A DNA stretch of 64,000 nt from NCBI GenBank assembly GCA_964402695.1, contig CAYODK010000001.1:12702-76701 (forward strand), written 5' to 3'. The notes under the pieces were generated by a model, which ran no database searches, was not told where the DNA came from, and saw only the letters and a program-made list of their open reading frames with translations. Shown here piece by piece: positions 58,678-64,000 of the stretch (the first letter of the stretch is position 1; every line of letters begins with the position of its first letter). The stretch comes from an uncultured Verrucomicrobiota bacterium (lineage in GTDB: Bacteria > Verrucomicrobiota > Kiritimatiellia > PWTM01). The position numbers and the translations under genes were made by a program.

Positions 58678-58923
58678 TCAAATCCCGCCGCCCTGTCCGT
58701 CGGCGGGGCCCGGCTCCGCGAGCCCCCACTTCACCTTGTGCCATGCGCGTTCGTGAACGTAGAAGCCGAAGACCTTGATCGCGGAGTCGACGAGGCTGAT
58801 CCCCAGCCCGGTCTTCAGCGATCCGGTGACCATCCAGCCGACAAGGCAGGTTCCGATCGTGCCCATGGCGCGCCAGGTCACGGCCTTGACGATGCTCCGC
58901 CGGTGCAGTTCGACTCCCGTCAT
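58678..58923 (-). CDS. DUF2061 small membrane protein
   Basis: MTGVELHRRSIVKAVTWRAMGTIGTCLVGWMVTGS...KVFGFYVHERAWHKVKWG; this family commonly accompanies cysN/cysC. Confidence 0.6.
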   Translation of the reverse strand: MTGVELHRRSIVKAVTWRAMGTIGTCLVGWMVTGSLKTGLGISLVDSAIKVFGFYVHERAWHKVKWGLAEPGPADGQGGGI

Positions 58924-60731
58924 ATGCAGTACTCCAGGATCACGTGCCGGTCCCGGAGCAACTCGACCGCGCGCGCGACGCCGGTCTCGATGGCCCCGGC
59001 CGGATCGAGGCGCAGGCTGGTGGCGCGGTCCTCCTCCCCGTCGCCGCCGATCCGGACGGTGAGGATCTCGTTCGGGTGGTTGAGCTGCTCGAGGATCCGC
59101 AGGTCGTCCGCGTCGGCGCCGGCGAGCGAGGTGATGAAGATCAGGCCCGACCCCGTCAGAATGCGCGCCAGTTCGCCGAGGCGCCGGATGTGGTCGTCGC
59201 GGGCGTCCTCGCCGAGGTCCGCGTCGAGCCCCCGTTCGAGGCTCTCCATCCCGACGTAGTACGCCTTGAATCCGCGGTCGAACAGCGCCCGCTCCAGCGC
59301 CCGCGCGTGGGCGTCGGCGGCGCCGTCCGCGGGACCGGTGAAGACCACGAACTTGGCGCCGTGGCCGAAGGCTTGCGTGCGCTCGGCCGCCGCGATGGCG
59401 CTCGGCTTCCACGCGATCTCGCGGGCGCGCACGTGCTCCTGCAGCGTCGACTCGGCCGACTCGACCGCGGCCAGCACAATGCCCGCGGCTGCGATCTCGT
59501 GGTGGTCGACGATCACCAGCCGCCCGGTGGCCTCCAGGTCGGTGACGAGGTCGAAGGCGACCGGCTTGGGCGTTTCCAGCACGCACTCGGCGACGTCGTG
59601 CCGGTCCACCTGCTGCTTGTTGGCGACCGTCGTCAGCTCCGTCGCGTCGAGGACGGCCCGCACCTCGACGAGCTGGACGGGCGACCGCGTGGCGCCCAGC
59701 TTCAGCTTGTAGGTCTTGCCGCGGACCATCGGGTCGCGTCCCATCCAGAACAGGTTCGCGCGGAACCGCGTCGCGGTCCTCATTGGCGGCTCGCCCGCCT
59801 TCACCATCCATTCCCCGGGGCGGATGTAGATCTGCGTCGTCAGCGTGAACCCGGGCGCCTCGCCGGCGGCGGCCGCGTCCCGGGGCGGGCGGTTGAAGGT
59901 CTCGATCGACTTCACGGTCGACGTCTTGCCGGAGGGCTGGAAAACGACGGCGTCGCCGGCGCGGATCGTGCCCGTTTCGATCGTGCCGGCCACGATCCGC
60001 CGGTCGTCGCCGCGGGCGGTGAACTTGTAGACGTCCTGCACCGGCAGCCGGAACGGGAGCGATTCCGGGAACTCGCGCCGCTGGAAGGCGTCGATCTGCT
60101 CCAGCACCGTCGGGCCGTCGTACCACGCGGTCTCCTGCGACCGCGCCGCGATGTTCGCGCCCTGCATGCCGCTGACGGGGATGAAGCTGACCGGGCGGAT
60201 GCCGAGATGGCCCAGGAAGGCCTCGTACTCGGCGCGGATGCGGCGGAAGGCCGCCTCGTCGTAGCCGACGAGGTCCATCTTGTTGACGAGGACGGAGACC
60301 TGCCGCAGACCGAGCATCGAGAGCATGTAGCCATGGCGCTTCGTGTTCTCGCGGATGCCCTCCTTCGCGTCGATCACCAGCAGCGCGGCCTCGGCGCGCG
60401 AGGCGCCGGTGATCATGTTCTTGAGGAACTCGATGTGGCCGGGGGCGTCGATCAGGATGTAGCGGCGCTTCGCGGTGCGGAAGAAGCAGCGCGCGGCGTC
60501 GATCGTGATGCCCTGCGACTGCTCGTCCTTCAGCGCGTCGAGCAGGAACGCGTACTCGAAGGGCTTGGAGTTCCTCCGGCACGTCTCGCGCACCTGCTCG
60601 AGCCGCCCTTGGGGCAGGGCGCCGGCCTCCACCAGCAGCCGGCCGATGACCGTGCTCTTGCCGTGGTCGACGTGTCCGGCCATCACGATGCTGAGTTGCT
60701 GTTCGTCCGTCGTGGGATTCATGGGGTTCAT
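58920..60731 (-). CDS. cysN: sulfate adenylyltransferase subunit 1 (CysN GTPase) fused to a degenerate APS-kinase-like domain
   Basis: GHVDHGKST, DAPGH and NKMD GTPase motifs; C-terminal ~170 aa resemble CysC, but the P-loop reads FTGPADGAADAH with no GKS/T. Confidence 0.85.
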   Translation of the reverse strand: MNPMNPTTDEQQLSIVMAGHVDHGKSTVIGRLLVEAGALPQGRLEQVRETCRRNSKPFEYAFLLDALKDEQSQGITIDAARCFFRTAKRRYILIDAPGHIEFLKNMITGASRAEAALLVIDAKEGIRENTKRHGYMLSMLGLRQVSVLVNKMDLVGYDEAAFRRIRAEYEAFLGHLGIRPVSFIPVSGMQGANIAARSQETAWYDGPTVLEQIDAFQRREFPESLPFRLPVQDVYKFTARGDDRRIVAGTIETGTIRAGDAVVFQPSGKTSTVKSIETFNRPPRDAAAAGEAPGFTLTTQIYIRPGEWMVKAGEPPMRTATRFRANLFWMGRDPMVRGKTYKLKLGATRSPVQLVEVRAVLDATELTTVANKQQVDRHDVAECVLETPKPVAFDLVTDLEATGRLVIVDHHEIAAAGIVLAAVESAESTLQEHVRAREIAWKPSAIAAAERTQAFGHGAKFVVFTGPADGAADAHARALERALFDRGFKAYYVGMESLERGLDADLGEDARDDHIRRLGELARILTGSGLIFITSLAGADADDLRILEQLNHPNEILTVRIGGDGEEDRATSLRLDPAGAIETGVARAVELLRDRHVILEYCI

Positions 60732-60740
60732 CCGCCGGGC

Positions 60741-61622
60741 CTACATGTAGCCGCCGCGCCGCAGGGTCTCGAGGCCGCCGCCGTCCTCCTGGTCCTGCGC
60801 GCGCCCCGAGCGCTCCGCGACGTTCGCGAAACGGCCGGTCCTCAGTTCCTCGACGATGTCCGCGACGTTGCAGGCCGGCGACTGCACGCAGCCGGTGCAG
60901 GGGTGGCAGCCGAGCGAGCGGTAGCGCGTGCCGCCGCCGCGGTCGAAATAGAGCGGGATGATCGGGATCGACTCGCGCCCGATGTACTCCCAGATGTTCA
61001 GCTCCGTCCAGTCCAGCAACGGGTGCACGCGCACGTGCGTCCCCGGCGCGAAGTCGGTCTTGTACTGCTTCCACAGCTCCGGCGGCTGGTCGCCGACGTC
61101 CCACTCGTTCTGGCGGTCGCGCGCCGAGAAGTAGCGCTCCTTCGACCGGCTGCCCTCCTCGTCCGCCCGCACCCCGACGATCACGCCGGTGAACGCCTCG
61201 CGCACCGCCTCGGGCTCGAGGACGCCCGTCGCGTGGTTCAGCCGGCGGCGCGGCCACTCGCCGGACAGCGTGTGCTTGAGCGCCTCGCTCTTCAGCGCCT
61301 TGCAGCAGTCGACGCGCGACAGGGCCCCGTCCGGAAACGTCTGCTTCGCCTCCAGCGCCGCCGTGTTCTGCCCGACGATCAGGTCCAGCCCCCACTCGCG
61401 CGCGATCCGGTCGCGGTAGGCGATCATCTCCGGGATCTTGAAGCCCGTGTCGATGTGCATCAACGGGAAGGGGACGTGACCGAAGAAGGCCTTCCGCGCC
61501 AGCCACAACAGCACCGTGCTGTCCTTCCCGATCGACCAGAGCATCACCAGGCTCTTGAACTCCCGGTACGCCTCCCGAAGGATGTGCACGCTATGCGCTT
61601 CCAGCCTTTCCAACGTGTCCAT
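60741..61622 (-). CDS. cysD: sulfate adenylyltransferase subunit 2
   Basis: PAPS-reductase-fold motif [12 protein letters not shown]; the C-terminal region is typical of CysD. Confidence 0.9.
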   Translation of the reverse strand: MDTLERLEAHSVHILREAYREFKSLVMLWSIGKDSTVLLWLARKAFFGHVPFPLMHIDTGFKIPEMIAYRDRIAREWGLDLIVGQNTAALEAKQTFPDGALSRVDCCKALKSEALKHTLSGEWPRRRLNHATGVLEPEAVREAFTGVIVGVRADEEGSRSKERYFSARDRQNEWDVGDQPPELWKQYKTDFAPGTHVRVHPLLDWTELNIWEYIGRESIPIIPLYFDRGGGTRYRSLGCHPCTGCVQSPACNVADIVEELRTGRFANVAERSGRAQDQEDGGGLETLRRGGYM

Positions 61623-61897
61623 TCAAAGCCTCTCGTCCTAAATCACTAGCACGTCCATGGAGATACTACTCTATCACGCCGCGCCCGCTTGTCAAATCGG
61701 GCCAAGGCCGGCTCGGGGAATGGCGACCGAATGGCGACAAGCGAATGGGAAGAGGGGCGAGGGTCGAGGGGCGGGGAAGAGCGGCCGGGGGCGCGTGTCG
61801 TGTCGGATCGGATGCTGCCCGCCGTTCGGCGTTCGTGTTCCGCTGGTGGACGCCATGCGGGTTCGGGTGCATGCTTTGCGGAATGGGCGGGGACGAC

Positions 61898-63229
61898 ATG
61901 CGGGTGGCGATGGTGCCGGGCGCGGACGGGCTCGACCGTCTCCGCGCCGACCTCCCCGCCTGTGTCTGGCTTCCCGTGGATGGCGGGGGAGATCCGCTTG
62001 CGGCCCTTGCCTCCGGCGAGGCCCGGTTCGCCCTCGCGCCGGACCTCCCGGGCAACCCGGCGCTGGACGGCTTTCTCCTGCCGGATGCGCCGCGCGCGGC
62101 CTTCGTCTTTCGAGCCGGCGATCCCGCCGGCCGGCTCGCCCGCGGGCTCTACGTCCGCACCGTCGTCTTCGCCGGCGCGGGCTGCGGCCGGGCGGGCTCC
62201 TGTACGCTGGATGCGGCGCGCGCCCTCCGACGCTGCGAGGTCTGCCTCCACGACGCGTTGATCGATCCGGCGCTCCTGGACCTCGTTCCCGCCGGTGCGG
62301 AGGTGCTCGATGTTGGCAAGCGCCGGGGCTGTCATCACGCGCAGCAGTCGGCGATCACGGCGGCCCTGCTCGACCGCGCGCGCCGCGGCCTCCGAGTGGT
62401 GCGCCTCAAGGGCGGCGACCCGGGGCTCTTCGGACGTCTCGCGGAGGAGACCTCGGCCCTGGAGGCGTCCGGGCTCCCGTATCGCGTGCTGCCGGGCGTC
62501 AGTGCGCTGAGCGCGGCGACAACCGCGACGGGACTCCTCCTCACGCGCCGCGGCGTGTCGCGCGGCTTCTGCGCCATCACGCCGCGGACGCACGAGGGCG
62601 GTGTGGCGCCGGTCGACGCATCCGCGCGCGCCGCGCAGCCCGTCGTGCTGTTCATGGCCGTCGGCGCGGTTGCCGGGGTCGTGGCGCAGCTTCGCGCGGA
62701 AGGCATGCCGTCCTCAACGCCGGCCGCGATGGTCTTCCACGCCGGCGCGCCGGAGGAGAGGGTGCTGCAGGGCACGCTGGACGATATCGCCGCGAAGACG
62801 GCCGGACTTCTGGCCGCGCGTCCGCCCGGCGCCCATCTCCCGCCGGGCGTGCTGATCGTCGGCGGGGTGGCCGGCGCGGCCCTGCCGCAGCCTGCCGGCG
62901 CGCTGGCCGGCGCGGCGGTACGGCTGGAGGGCGATGCGGCGATGCTCGACGCCCTCGAGGACCTCGTGTTCGACCTCGGCGGCCGCCCGCTCCGTCCGCC
63001 GCGTCCCGGCGGCACTCCCGTCCCCGGATTCACGGATGCCCCTGCAGTCGCCGGCGAAGCGGATGTCTTTGCCCTCGCACGCACCCACGTGAACGCAGCG
63101 CTGAAGCGCGCGGCGCATCTGGATCGCATCGTGGCGAAGCCATGGACGCCGGAGGAGATGGACGGCATTCTCGACCCCGCCCACGATCTCTCCGCCCTGC
63201 GGGCCATGGACAGGCCGGCCGCCCGATGA
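61898..63229 (+). CDS. cobA: uroporphyrinogen-III C-methyltransferase (siroheme branch) with N- and C-terminal extensions
   Basis: VVFAGAGCG...LKGGDPGLFGRLAEETSALEASGLPYRVLPGVSALSAA: tetrapyrrole methylase signatures; start chosen at MRVAMVP, the fourth in-frame Met of track ORF 61745..63229. Confidence 0.7.
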   Translation: MRVAMVPGADGLDRLRADLPACVWLPVDGGGDPLAALASGEARFALAPDLPGNPALDGFLLPDAPRAAFVFRAGDPAGRLARGLYVRTVVFAGAGCGRAGSCTLDAARALRRCEVCLHDALIDPALLDLVPAGAEVLDVGKRRGCHHAQQSAITAALLDRARRGLRVVRLKGGDPGLFGRLAEETSALEASGLPYRVLPGVSALSAATTATGLLLTRRGVSRGFCAITPRTHEGGVAPVDASARAAQPVVLFMAVGAVAGVVAQLRAEGMPSSTPAAMVFHAGAPEERVLQGTLDDIAAKTAGLLAARPPGAHLPPGVLIVGGVAGAALPQPAGALAGAAVRLEGDAAMLDALEDLVFDLGGRPLRPPRPGGTPVPGFTDAPAVAGEADVFALARTHVNAALKRAAHLDRIVAKPWTPEEMDGILDPAHDLSALRAMDRPAAR

Positions 63230-63268
63230 TCCTCGCCGCCGCGGCCTCCGGTCAGCCTGTGGCGGGCG

Positions 63269-64000
63269 TCACGTCGCCAGATCGACGGTCGCGGTGCCGT
63301 CGGCGGCGCGGACGGTGCGGAGGCTGACGCGCTGCACGCTGATCGCGTCGACGGGGCAGGCCTCGACGCAGGCGTTGCAGCGGATGCAGTCCGCCTGGTT
63401 GATCCAGATCAGCTTCGTCGCCTCCGTGGACTGCGCCGGGCTGTGGGTGACGATGCGGCCCTCGCGGTCGTGGACGAGATCCGCGGCCTTCACGATGCAG
63501 TTCGGCCTCGGCTTCGCCTTGATGCACCAGTCGCAGAAGATGCACCGGTCCGGGTCGATCTCGTACTTGAAGTGACAGAGGTAGCAGCGCTGCGTCTCCT
63601 CGGCCGCGGCCGCGCGGTCGAACCCCCGTTCGACCTCGGCGGTCAGCGTGCGGCCCTCCGCCGGAAGCGAGGGCATCGGCTGGCGCGGCACGTAATCCAT
63701 CTCGCGAATGCGGCCCGTGGACTCGACGTCCTCGATCCGCGCCACCTCGCGCAGCCGCTCGGCGCCCGTCAGAAACGCGTCGACCCTTCTCGCGCAGTCC
63801 TTGCCGTGCGCGATCGCCTGGATGAGCGTGCTTGCGCCGGTCGCGAAGTCGCCGGCGACAAACAGCTTCTCCAGCGCCGTGCGGGCGCTCTTCCCGCTCT
63901 TCAGCCAGCCGTCGCGGTCGACCAGCCCGGCCTGCAGCTCCGCGTCGATCCATGCCGCGTCGGGGAACTGGCCCGTCGCCAGCAGCACCGTGTCGGCCGG
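63269..64000 (-). CDS. Fe-S/FAD pyridine-nucleotide oxidoreductase (glutamate-synthase-beta/sulfide-dehydrogenase-like); N-terminus beyond window end
   Basis: Two CxxCxxCxxxCP ferredoxin motifs (CIFCDWCIKAKP, CIRCNACVEACP) and a C-terminal FAD-binding tail VAGDFATGASTLIQAIAHGKD; the frame stays open to nt 64000. Confidence 0.6.
   Translation of the reverse strand, partial: PADTVLLATGQFPDAAWIDAELQAGLVDRDGWLKSGKSARTALEKLFVAGDFATGASTLIQAIAHGKDCARRVDAFLTGAERLREVARIEDVESTGRIREMDYVPRQPMPSLPAEGRTLTAEVERGFDRAAAAEETQRCYLCHFKYEIDPDRCIFCDWCIKAKPRPNCIVKAADLVHDREGRIVTHSPAQSTEATKLIWINQADCIRCNACVEACPVDAISVQRVSLRTVRAADGTATVDLAT

Overview
This is a high-GC (roughly 68-70%) bacterial chromosomal segment with about 55 protein genes and one tRNA. 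It was read by eye with the supplied ORF track as anchor; coordinates of features not in the track may be off by ±2 nt. The first ~9 kb carry an alkaline phosphatase (running off the window), signal peptidase I, a response regulator, a YchF-like GTPase, and a tightly packed minus-strand operon that joins mevalonate kinase and diphosphomevalonate decarboxylase to a zinc-ribbon protein, a B12-binding corrinoid protein and its reductive activase. From ~9.5 to 19.7 kb there are a membrane-anchored discoidin-domain protein coupled to a tandem kinase-like protein, a sulfatase, tRNA-Met followed by a repeat-flanked GIY-YIG nuclease cassette, an MsbA-like ABC exporter, trxB and a dimeric dUTPase-like gene. 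From ~19.9 to 46.4 kb lies a large locus for breaking down sialic acid-containing and sulfated glycans (GntR regulator, beta-propeller protein, Na+/solute symporter, three paralogous Tat-signal FAD oxidoreductases, five sialidase/BNR proteins including a 1,536-aa sialidase fused to FG-GAP/VCBS repeats, three sulfatases, a NanA-like lyase, a beta-helix hydrolase and a class II aldolase). Then come a VapBC toxin-antitoxin pair, a membrane H+-pyrophosphatase, a DUF5060 hydrolase and a HEAT/vWA protein. The last ~10 kb is a sulfur-assimilation cluster (cysK, metB-like, metY, Rrf2 regulator, DUF2061, cysN, cysD, divergent cobA). The non-coding features that most deserve a second look are palindromic hairpin elements with G10, G9 and C8 homopolymer tracts inserted in-frame inside the giant sialidase gene, and a low-GC cassette with 25-bp terminal inverted repeats carrying a PD-(D/E)XK gene. 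Also notable are a six-copy 21-bp palindrome upstream of the three FAD oxidoreductase paralogues, tandem CTTCCAA-N3-TTGGAAG sites at fixed 31-32 bp spacing, MITE-like inverted-repeat elements, and G-quadruplex-type repeats shared by the leaders of two sulfur operons.
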